DNA of 64,000 bases. It comes from Felis catus. Lineage: Eukaryota. Position 1 is the first letter of the stretch. Each line of letters opens with the position of its first letter. Position numbers and translations under genes: made by a program. Where the stretch lies: NCBI RefSeq assembly GCF_018350175.1, contig NC_058368.1, positions 76,820,001 to 76,884,000 on the forward strand, read 5' to 3'. Below the pieces are notes generated by a model that was not told the origin of the DNA, ran no database searches, and was given only the letters and a program-made list of their open reading frames with translations. This document shows positions 51,101-62,166 of this stretch, piece after piece.

Positions 51101-51974
51101 GAGGGGAGGTAAGAGGTTACTACGTAAACTGAGTATGAAGGTGCTAGTGAATTTATTATATCTCGTATCTCATATACCGCATGAGACTTGGACACTGAGG
51201 GAGGTCAACCTATTGAGAGAATCGTAACAGCATAGAGTCATCGTATCTAGAACACAAGAAATCCTATCACAGCTTACTCAGAAAATCTTTTAACCATCAA
51301 GAACTGTATACAAAGATCAAGTTAGTGGCAATCATGAAAGATGCTAAGAGCCAGTTAGTTACCTTTGAGAACACAGTCCCGAAGAGTCACTGATTACATA
51401 TGACCAGACTGAAAAGGAGAAGCAGTGACCATGTGTGAGTGTGCGTGTGGGTGCGTGCATGCGTGTGCGAGTGCATACGTAAGGGGTATATGTTAGTGAA
51501 AGGAATACCCTCCAGGTTCCAGCAGTGTACTGACGTTTTTCTGACAAAGATCAAACCGTCCCAGCAATAAATTAAGTGTCCGTATTTTTACTAAAGGCCC
51601 ACTAACCACATGAGACTGATTATGGGGTTGTTTACTCTGTTTCCCCTTAAAAATACTGCCTCCAACACCTTAGTGCCTTGATTTTTAATGGAGAATTCTG
51701 TGGAGAGAAAACACCCCTTTCTAGGTCTAGGATTTCATGGCTAAAAGCTAGGATGATTTATGTACGGAATCTTTCATTAGGTAAAAAAAAAGTTTCAGTA
51801 AGATCTCAGAAAACAAGTTTTCATCTAGGTATGCTTTAAGGGGATTTATCTTATTGTCACAACAATTCAGACAAAGTTAACTTTCTAAGGATGTGTCAGT
51901 CAACAGTAAAATTACCTTTATACACGAGAATCAACCTGAATATGGGCCAAAACCCACTAAAAGGAATTATGTCT

Positions 51975-52019
51975 TATTTATTTTTTAAAAGTTTATTGAT
52001 TTATTTGAGGGGGGAAGGG

Positions 52020-52069
<50 letters not shown>

Positions 52070-52195
52070 CCCAAGAAGGCTCTGCACTGTCAGCACAGAG
52101 CCTGACACGTGGCTTGGAACTCACAAACTGTGAGATCATGACCTACGCGAAATCAAGAGTCGGATGCTCAAATGACTGAGCCACCCAAGCACTCT
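51975..52195 (-). mobile_element. SINEC, older type, with long (GA)n (EFNB2 intron 2)
   Basis: Reverse element ending gagccacccaagcactct. Confidence 0.92.
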
Positions 52196-52223
52196 AGGAA
52201 TTGTTTTAAAAATAGGTGGCCAG

Positions 52224-52433
52224 GGGGCACCTGGGTGGCTCAGTTGGTTGAGTGTCTGACTCTTGATTTCGGCTCAGGTCATGACCTCACGGTTTGACAG
52301 CGTGAGCCCCACATCAGACTCTATGCTGAAAGTGTGGAGCTGCTTGGGATTCTCTTCTTCCTCTCTTTGCCCCTCCCCTACTCACTCTCTCTCTCTCTTT
52401 CAAAATACATAAAATAAATTAAAAAAAAAAAAA
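52224..52433 (+). mobile_element. SINEC, older type (EFNB2 intron 2)
   Basis: Full element; flanks share GTGGCCAG. Confidence 0.92.
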
Positions 52434-53344
52434 GTGGCCAGATACCCATTTCAATAGACTGACCAAAACTCAAGTTAAAAAAAAAAAAAAAAATGGCAAG
52501 AATGATATAAGAGTTCAAAAGATAAAACATTATTCCCGGTTGCCTACATTAGCCTTACTTAAGCACTCAGATTTGTAAAACTGAGAACTCCCGGTCAAGA
52601 CACTGTGATATCATCTCATCCAAACATTCTGAACCGTGGAGACGCATGTGTTTGAGTGAATTATTTCTAGCCCACAATCCGCTGCCCGCTCCTGGGTTTT
52701 TGACAGTCTTAATCATTAAGGTATCTGTCTGGAGATATGGAAATGTCTAGATCGCAAAGGGTCAGAGTACAGAGTTCATGGTGGGGAAGGCGCACCTCCC
52801 CCCAACTGCTTGCTCATTCTACTGTCACTAATCGGATGCAATGATATTAATGGCCCAGTAATTGGGAGTCTGCAGCACTGAAGTGGAAAGCATCCATCTG
52901 AGGCAGAGTTCATCTCTGGGTGGTAAGACTTCACTAGTGACTGAATTAATGTTTGCTGACAGTTTAGAATATAGCCCTGCGGATGAGAGAATGTGCCCCT
53001 CTCCATGGCACACGCGTTTAAATGGACGTGACGTTATTTGCTTTGACCATCTAGAGACCGCTGGTAACCCCAATAAAGTGCCCTGTCTGAATCTGCCCTA
53101 CACCTGAACCTTATTCCATTCAGGGAACACGTTCTATACTCTGGGAATCCAGAGCAATTTTCCACATGTTTGCTTCAATAAAAGAATACCTTCGTCTCTT
53201 GGTTCAACATCAGGAACAATGAGACTAGGCTACTTCACTGATGCAAAAGGCTGTTTTCAAAGCAGAGCTGTTGTTAGTAACACACAGCCTGGCTCCCTCC
53301 GTAATGTAATCAATTACATTGTTTCTTCCAGAGGTGCTGCACAC

Positions 53345-53401
53345 CCACCCATTCACCCACCCTCCATCCGTCTGTCCATCCGTCCATCCGTCCATCCATC
53401 C
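53345..53401. repeat. Imperfect (CCAT/CCGT/CCAC)n tetranucleotide repeat
   Basis: Direct reading. Confidence 0.75.
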
Positions 53402-53558
53402 ACACTGCAGCACTTGTACTTGACTAAGGAAATTTAAAGTCTCATTGCCTCTATTTGTATATTTGAGAAATTAAAAAATTTTGTAATTTTACTATTTAGC
53501 AACTTTCCATTGAGGGGCACAGCGGCACAGTCTGATTTGATCAACAAACGGAACTGAC

Positions 53559-53765
53559 GGGGCGCCTGGGTGGCTCAGTCGGTTAAGCGTCCCACTCTTG
53601 ATTTTGGCTCAGGTCATGGTCTCACGGTCTGTGGGATCGAGCCCCGTGTCGGGCTCTGTGCTGACAGCGCAGAACCTGCTCGGGGCTCTCTCTCTCCCTC
53701 TCTCTGACCCTACCGTACTCAACGCGCATGCACTTGTGCTCTCAAAAGAAATAAACTTCTTAAAG
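53559..53765 (+). mobile_element. SINEC, older type (EFNB2 intron 2)
   Basis: ggggcgcctgggtggctcagtcggttaagcg head, short tail. Confidence 0.92.
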
Positions 53766-55829
53766 ACAAGGAATGGAGTTGATTAAAAGATCTACAAACA
53801 AAGAGGCCACGTGGAAGAACTGACACACTGTTATTACAGCCGCCTTTTCTCACTGGCCCTTTTTCCTTTCCTATTGCTCATGGGATGGTCTTTGTTCGAC
53901 TCTGGGGCCTATGATGGAAGTTAGTTCTAGTCACATGACAGACCACAGGGCACAGGCCCTACACGTTTGAACAAGCACAGAGATCGTTCGGTATCTGGAT
54001 CGTGCGAGCTTCTTGGTACCGCTATGTGCCGTGTGCACACATGCCCTCTCTCTACTGTCCCTGTGTATGTGGCGTGCACACAGGCATAGTCTCTTTACAG
54101 TGCGTGTGATGGCACGCGTACGTGTAAGACCTTTCCTCTCACTAGGCGAGAGACCCAGGAGCACCGTCGCGGACCAATGACGCTGGTCTAAGGCCCCCCA
54201 GCCCTGGTCTGAGTTTGGACTCTGGCATTTCATGGCCTTGGGAACTGCCCATTCCATTGAGGAAGTACTCATACTTTCCACCTCTGGTTTTCTCATGGCG
54301 ATAGACATTCCTCTGCCGCGTTGTTTCTGAGACTGCAAAGTGACACAGTATGTGAAGCCACAACGCTTTCCTTTATGCGACCAAACACCTGGCCAGGGAT
54401 CTCAGAATTCGGGGAACAATTGTACGACTCATAGGAACTGCACAGGTTTTCTCAAAGTGATTTTTTTTTTTAATGCCTGTCTATGCCTCTTGGCTATTTT
54501 TAAAAGTGCTTTAGTTTGCTTTAAATTTTGATCTTCAAGGTGAATATTTAAAGGCTATTAAGAAACTAGTTCTCTCTCATGCTTGTATTAGGTCTCCAGT
54601 ATTACTCAGTTATTTATAAGGCTAAGTGAACTTTCAAAAAGCTATAAATACAGGTGTTAGATATTAACATGCATTTTATGAAACTGTAAAGGCAGTTTTA
54701 TTCTGAGCGATTCCTAAAGAATTCCACTTTTCACATGGAATCTTCTCATCTGCTCTTGTTCTGCTTATTTTGCACATGAGGTTTTTCAGCGTCTACCACC
54801 CCCCCACCCCCACCCCCTTCAACGCCTTCCCATTGCTTTAAGAGTCGGTTGTCTTTTTCTTTCCTTAGTGGTTTTTGGGGGTAAGGAATAGTGTTCACAG
54901 GACTCTCTCTGTCTAGCTTAAATGACATAACCTGTCACGCCTGCCCAGGTGACACCATTGGATGTGAACGGAGTCCCATTCCATGCTAGCCCTGTCCTTC
55001 TGCACCCTGGGGGATCCATCGGGATAACTATCCCAACGGCCATGACTCCATCAGGCCCATGAGCCCAAAGTTTCTCAGCACAATGTCCAGTTAAGCAGAA
55101 GCTGAGACTTTATTCCTCAAGTGCAAAGAACGTGAGCTTTGTTCGTCTGAAATCCAACAAGGAGTCTTACTGATACATTCTGGAAGAGCCTTCAGTACAG
55201 TCAGAAGACGATTTCACATTATGTTAAAAAATAATAGAAACAACACTTCTAATTATCAGGCTAATGAAATACCTTTCCCAGCCTGTCTCAGTGACAAGGC
55301 AGCCCTGACACCCTTCTCTCTAGGAGGATATTTATACCACGTTAGAATGTTGCCGAAATTATCAATAAAAACACAGCGTTTCCTTTGTGTGGCAGGGAAC
55401 TGAGACAAAGCCCTGGCAAGGTTGGGGAAATGCAAGTAGAGAAACGATTCCATGGACAGAACAGTCCTCCCGCTCTGTCTCTTCTGGGTCTTACAGAGGA
55501 TCTGCTAACAAGCTCAGGCAATTCTACCAACAGAAAGATACAGAAATGCATGTTTCTTCGGAAAGGAAGCCCAGAGACAAAAGAACTTTTATGACACTCC
55601 AACAAGACGAAGAGAAGAGATCTTATAATTAAGTTACGCAGCATTCCTGAAACTTGTAAACTCTCTGGAGTTTCATTTTATGGATGGTTTGCAAATAACT
55701 TATACTTTGCTAGCACATCTTCCCCGCCCGCTAGCTTGCAGGAAAGCCTGGCTTCGCCCTTGGGCTCCTGCCTCACACACTCTGCTCCAAGGGGACCCCA
55801 TGGGTTGTACTTACTGGGAGCCAACCTTG

Positions 55830-55985
55830 GAAATGAGCACTTTATACAGATCATGCATTTCAATTCCTGTGACCCTGCGCAGGCAGATAGAGTCAGCATC
55901 CCCAGTGCACAGATGAAGAGATCGGGGCAGAGGGTGGTTAAGTTACCCGCTGAAGGGCATTCAAGAACCCACGTCTGTCTGACTC
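55830..55985 (-). mobile_element. MIR fragment
   Basis: cacagatgaagagatcggggcagagggtggttaagttac...tctgactccaga. Confidence 0.6.
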
Positions 55986-56093
55986 CAGACGCACACCCAC
56001 CAAGCTGATCTGTCGCTCTACGTGGCATGTGTAGACAATCCTCCAGACACCCAAGGGTCTGATGGACAGTCTATTACAAAGATGACAGTTGCA

Positions 56094-56332
56094 GGGGCGC
56101 CTGGGTGGCTCAGTCGGTTGGGCGTCCAACTTCGGCTCAGGTCATGATCTCACAGTTCGTGGGTTCGAGCCCCGCGTCGGGCTCTGTGCTGACGGCTCAG
56201 AGCGTGGAGCCTACTTCGGATTCTGCGTCTCCCCCTCTTTCTGCCCTTCCCCTGCTCACGCTCTGTGTCTCTCTGCCTCTCAATAATAAATAAACATTTA
56301 AAAAAATTTTTAAAAAAAACAAAAAACAAAAA
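56094..56332 (+). mobile_element. SINEC_Fc-like SINE (EFNB2 intron 2)
   Basis: 18-bp TSD ACAAAGATGACAGTTG(C/T)A. Confidence 0.94.
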
Positions 56333-57779
56333 ACAAAGATGACAGTTGTAGGTTAGAAATAAACGAGTTTAAATGCTGGAATTTGGCAATTATATACAAG
56401 GTATAAAGATAAATCCTCACCCCAAAGTCAGGGGGGCTTGAGTGACAGGCTGATACTATCATGTCACTAAACTTGATGGAAGCATAGCTTTTGCTACGTT
56501 TATCATATAAAATAATTCATGAAAGAAAACCCATAATCATTTTACACAGACCACACATTCTCACAGAGCTGAAAAGACACCTACATGTACAAGGATATTC
56601 GAAAGTTCCCACAACTTTTGTGCTGGCGAAAAGTTACGGTACACCCAGTATATTTTAGTGTCAGCTGCCAGACCTACTATTCCCCGAAATAAAGAAGTAT
56701 GTCGAAAACCCAAAGGGAAAACAAACCCAAAAGGAAGACAAATATAATGAATATAAATACAAATGTATGTAATAAATGCAGGAAATGGAATCTGCTGTTC
56801 CCCTGCTTTGATTTCTTTAAGGATAGTATTCTGTTATATTTGTATGTAAGCATTTTGATTTATTTTGCAATTTTGCTCAGAAGTGAAGTCTATGCCTAAA
56901 AAATAGCAAGCAAAGCTGACTGTGGAGCCTTCCAATTTTATATGCTCTGATTTAAAAAAAAAATTGCTTTAGAGAACTAAACCAATGGCCTAGGAAATGG
57001 TGACTCCTTCAGACTTGTCTACTGCTCCCTAAGGAAGACCTTCCGAAGGCAAAGAAAGGGAGAGGCAGCTTTGGGAAGGACCGCTGTGAGTACGGCAGGG
57101 TGGACGTTAAAGAACGACCTTTGATCAAACCATCGTTGGAAATGATGACTTTCAGACTATTCCACAAGTCCAAATCTTGGCTACGGATGTGAAGTAAAAC
57201 ATCGTGAAAGTTACATAAGGCTAAACTGGGGCAGGGGTGGGGGGGGGGGGGCTCGCACATGTGGTCTTTGTCACACGGCTCTGCTGTGGCCACTGTTCAC
57301 TTAAAAAGTATTAACACAGCGGCACTCACTCGTCATTCATGTCTGACTCACATAATTTTGGAGGTGGGGTGAGAACCTCTTTGTAGGTATTTTGCAAGGT
57401 CCTGTGCTGAGCCTGGATAACCAACCTGCGGAACCTTCGTGAAGTCGGATGTGGCCTAGGGCCAGAAAACTGCTGACTCATTCGGCTCTGGGTTGTTGTC
57501 TCTAAAAAGAAATTGGAAGCCAAGCACAGAGAGTATCTACAAGAAAAGTCTAGAACACAAATATGGATGAAGGCTGAGAATACAGTTAGGGAGGTTTTCC
57601 TTCTGCATTAATTGGACTGTTTACCAACAAGATAGAGCTTCCCTTAAAAATGCACACTTGAGAACAGATGGTTATTTCACAAACTTTAAAAAATGTTAAA
57701 GGCAAAATAAAAGTAACTATAGGTTACACAAAATAACGCGTACTATGCTTTTAAGGCAATTGAGACTCGGAATGTAACT

Positions 57780-57990
57780 GGGGTGCCTGGGGGGGTTTGG
57801 TCGGTGACAGGGGTCCAACTTCAGCTCAGGCCATGATCTCTCAGTTTTTGAGTTTGAGCCCTATGTCAGGATCTGTGCTGACGGTTTGGAGCCTGGAGCC
57901 TGCTTCGGATTCTGTGTCTCCCTTTCTCCCCTCCCCCATTTGTGGTCTCTCTCTCTCTCTCTCAAATTGAATAAAACATTAAAAAAAAAA
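57780..57990 (+). mobile_element. SINEC with diverged head (EFNB2 intron 2)
   Basis: gagcctggagcctgcttcggattctgtgtctcc core, (CT)n, A tail. Confidence 0.9.
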
Positions 57991-59561
57991 GAATATGAAT
58001 GTGATAAAGAACAGGGGGCTTTTTCAGACCAAGTGGCAATAACACCCCCCTTTTGAGTCATTTAAGATTAGGAGATTTTTTGATGCAAATTAGGCCCAAG
58101 GCTAATTACTGAAATAGGTCACTTGAAAAAGTCAATTCTAAACATTTAGAAAACCCACATATATCATTTTGCCACATGTCAAAGCAAATAATCATCTATG
58201 AGAAGAACTAATGAGGAAGCGTATCATTTTGTCACTTCCTAAGGGAATTTAGTGGATACTTGGTAGGTTTAAAAATACACATCCAATTAAGAATTAATAT
58301 TTACTTCTAAAACTCCAAAGGGTGGTGACTACATTCTATATCCGGTAACACTGTAAATCAAATTAAGTGTCTTTAAAGAATTCATAGCAGATCCCGTCCA
58401 TTTCCGTTGGAGGAAAGGCACGTGGACAAGAGACCCTACCCTGGATGTGTGTTTCCAGCCCTAAGATGGTTTGGAACTGCAGCCCTCCATCATGGGCCAT
58501 AACAACAACAATAAAGGAACATTCTAGAAAACAAATCAAAATTCAAAGAAATAAAGGGACTTTCTCCTTAAGCACAGGCGGCAGGACTGGAACCCAGGTC
58601 TCTGGGCTGCTGGTGCAGTGCTCCTGGAATCAGTTTACCTAGGGAATTAGCCAACACCTCAGGACCCCACGGGCAATCTGGACCCGTCCCCTCTGCGGTA
58701 ACTCGACTCCCAACTATCCCTTTCCTTTTTCCTTCCCCTGAAAAGGAACCACACACAACGGTGATGGTGTTAACACTACTACTCTTAGTTATGAAGGTTC
58801 TGAGACGCTAAGATTGGAGCTGAACACACTGTCCACATGACAGCATCCTCCACACCAACATTATTCACTGTCTCAAAGTGAACCGATGACCTGAAGTGTC
58901 AAAAATACATTTGTAAAGCTGAGTACTTTCCAGCCCGCTATCTTGACTGGTGCTATTTTAAGTCGAGTGGGACTCCTGGGTGTGTGTGAGTGATCGTTGG
59001 AGGTGGAAATCAGTGACTTCTAAAAATCCTGAAATTCTTGAAGAAGCCATGGAAAGTCAGCACGAACTTTTTAAACTATTTTAAAATGTGTGCCTCTCGT
59101 CTCTCACCTTCTTTCCTGGGAAAGCTGTCTATCCATGACCTCTGCTGTGGGGGTGGGATAAGAAATGAGCTTCTGGCTTTTCCCAAGTCTCTGCAGTGCC
59201 TTTCTGTGTGTGCGACTCGACAGGAGTCCCTCAGCTGCCTAGTGAGGGACAGTCCCCCAGGTTGGCCTCTCAGCCCCAGGCCCTTTCCCCAGGACCCCCC
59301 ACAACCACCCAGTGCCAGTGCTCAAACAGCCTCTCACGGGTTCCCACTGGAAACCCTTCACTCTATTTTAAGAAAGATTCTTTTATCCCAGGCTACCACG
59401 TGGTTTTATACAGCGAAACTTAACTCTGAGGCGAGTCCTGGAGGCCAGTGTAGCTCAGCTACCTGCTACTGAAGTTAATGATGAGGTTTTATCAAAAGAA
59501 AAACAGTAAGAGATACCATGGTTGCATAGATTAATAGTATAATTTTAAATTAAACTGTGCT

Positions 59562-59733
59562 TCTAATGTTTGTTTTTGAGAGAGAGAGAGAGAGAGAAAG
59601 CAAACATGAGCAGGGAAGGGTCAGAGAGAGAGGGAGACACAGAATCCGAAGCAAGCTCCAGGCTCTGAGCTGTCAGCACAGAGCCCAACGCAGGGCTTGA
59701 ACTCACAAACTGTGAGATCATGACCTGAGCCCC
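59562..59733 (-). mobile_element. SINEC lacking ~40 nt of its 5' head (EFNB2 intron 2)
   Basis: Reverse element begins GGGGCTCAGGTCATGATC; flanks TAAACTGT..TTCTAA on both sides. Confidence 0.88.
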
Positions 59734-60163
59734 TAAACTGTTTCTAAATACACACCTGTCATGTGTTGATGCCAATACCAAGCACGCAGTGTTTGTGTTC
59801 CCGCCTCGGACCTCAGACTGAAGGCTAAATCCCACCATGTGTGCTGAAATCCCACCTGTGCTCAGGGGCGGACACAGAATGTACAGAGCCATCTTTATGA
59901 AGTCATCATTGAAAATAAAGGGGCAAAATCTGGGTCTGTTGGCTTATCTCCATGGAAGAGCCAGCTCATGGACCTGGGCTGCACACATAGTTCTAGTGAC
60001 AACTCAGGAGCAGCGGGCACTCCATGGTGCCCCCTCTCAGGCACTGCACCTGCCCTCTCCCACCTCCTCTGGGCACCAGCCTTCTGTGTGAATTCATCTG
60101 AGGTCAGTTTCGGTTCCCTGCACTAAAACATTAGGATCCCTGGTAAACAGTCTTTAAAAGTAC

Positions 60164-60239
60164 TTTTTTTTTTAATTTTTGAAAGCTTATTTATGTATTA
60201 CTTTGAGAGAGAGAGAGAGAGAGAGTGCAAGTGGGGAGG

Positions 60240-60297
<58 letters not shown>

Positions 60298-60412
60298 CTC
60301 AAGCAGGCTCCATGCTGTCAGCACAGAGCCCGATGCAGGACTTCAACTCATGAACTGTGAGATCATGACCTGAGCTGAAGTTGGACGCCTAACGAAGCCA
60401 CCCAGGTGCCCC
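60164..60412 (-). mobile_element. SINEC with long (GA)n (EFNB2 intron 2)
   Basis: Ends gccacccaggtgcccc; flanks share AGTCTTTAAAA. Confidence 0.92.
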
Positions 60413-60430
60413 ATGAAAAAGTCTTTAAAA

Positions 60431-60473
<43 letters not shown>

Positions 60474-60475
60474 AT
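60431..60475. repeat. (TAAA)n microsatellite, about 11 units
   Basis: Direct reading. Confidence 0.95.
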
Positions 60476-61379
60476 ACGTAAACTGCTAGACTTCCAATAG
60501 CTCCATTTATGTTACCTAATAACTTTTATATTTTCAAAGATTTCTCTATTGTTTTGTATCATTTACCACCCCACCTGCTTGTTTCTTCCATCGGAATGCT
60601 TTTATTTTCATTTTATGATAATCATTCTTTGAAATCTATAATTTACCCCCTTTCCTTTCTTCATGGTACTTACTCTTGGTAAGCTACTCTCTGGGTGTCA
60701 CATTGGCTTAAAGATAGGCTTTTAGTCTCTAGTGTTTCAGGTTTGTACAAAGGACAGGATAATTAGACGGCTATGACCATCTTCATTTTAATAACTAACG
60801 TGGTAAAAACTAGTGTACTCGAGTACCAAGTTAAGTCAGGGAGTTACTGACTTTGCACACTAAAGAGTGAGTGGCCGGCAGGTTGAGAAAGCCAGTTTCG
60901 ATGGGATCGAGAGAAGACGGTGGGCATGCCCAGCAGACAGCAGTTCTGCATTCCCTGACGGACTGAAGCCGTAGTGACAAGCGAGCAGACGTGCGACCCA
61001 GCTCTGAGCAGAGCTTTAAACCAAAGAAATTAAGAAAAACATATTTCATTGCTTGAGTGATGTAACCAGCTAACTAACCTCAGTCACCCAGATTGCACTC
61101 TGACAAAATCCTGGGCCGGGAACAATCCTGCCTTTGTGCCAACATGCAATCTGCCCCTAGGGGGCATGTGTTTGGATGTGTGCCTCCTCGGCCTTCACAG
61201 CTTCATGAAGGGAATGCTAGTTCAGATGCGACCCAAAGGATACACAGTATGTTTCCCGAAACAATGTGTCATTTTACTATGTAGATAGAAAAACCAAACC
61301 AAACCAAAACTAATTCATTGAAGAAACCCAAGTTTTTGTCTTATTCTTCTAATTGTGGTTTGCCTAAAACACCCTTCCT

Positions 61380-61500
61380 TTGAATCTGGGAGTCCCATGA
61401 GGAAAGGGTACCATCATCCCACCTTGTTTATTGTTGAATCCCTAGTGCTATGCAGTTTCTGGTGCAGAGTAAATACTAAATGCATGAATGAACAGATGAA
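61380..61500 (+). mobile_element. L2 3' terminal fragment
   Basis: cccatgaggaaaggg...atccctagtgc...aaatgcatgaatgaa L2 tail. Confidence 0.6.
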
Positions 61501-61550
61501 TGGATGGTTGGATGGATGGATGGATGGATAGATGGATGGATGGGTGGATG
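61500..61550. repeat. (GGAT)n microsatellite grown from the L2 tail
   Basis: Direct reading. Confidence 0.9.
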
Positions 61551-61882
61551 AAGAGAAAAGTCATTGCACAAGATTTACCTATCAGATCTCACCAATGGTC
61601 CTTAAAAATGTTTTTGTCAGTAGAGACGCTGAGAATATTCATATATATCCATTTATTTCAATACTATAAAAAGTCTAGGAGGTTTTTTCCTCTTTGGGTA
61701 TTTATATTATCGAGTACTATGAGTATAGGGTCCCTCATTCAATTAAGGTTTCTTTAAAAATGGACAATTTTCAGCAAAGATTCTCACCAAATTATTTGCC
61801 ATAATAACACTTAAAAAAATTGATACAAACCTATTTAGCTTATCCTATATTCTGTAAAATAAATGAATACAATTATACTTAC

Positions 61883-62166
61883 ATATAATGTAATAATCTC
61901 TGTTCTTCTGAAATTCTAGACCCCAGAGGTTAGGGCTGAACTCTTGAAACTTGATGGTGAATTTTACATCTTGGTCTGGTCTGGCACAGTTGAGAAGAGG
62001 GGTATTTTCCTTCTTAATAGTGCATCGATCTGCTTGCTCTTTATCAACCATATAAACTTTATAATATTCATACTGGCCAACAGTTTTAGAGTCCACTTTG
62101 GGGCAAATAATATCCAATTTGTCTCCTATCTGTGGGTATAGTACCAGTCCTTGTCCAGGTAGAAAT
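61883..62166 (-). CDS. EFNB2: Ephrin-B2 coding exon 2 (284 nt; most of the ephrin receptor-binding domain)
   Basis: Encodes FLPGQGLVLYPQIGDKLDIICPKVDSKTVGQYEYYKVYMVDKEQADRCTIKKENTPLLNCARPDQDVKFTIKFQEFSPNLWGLEFQKNRDYYII; acceptor ttttag|ATT at 62166 after a T-rich tract, donor ATAT|gtaagt at 61883. Confidence 0.98.
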
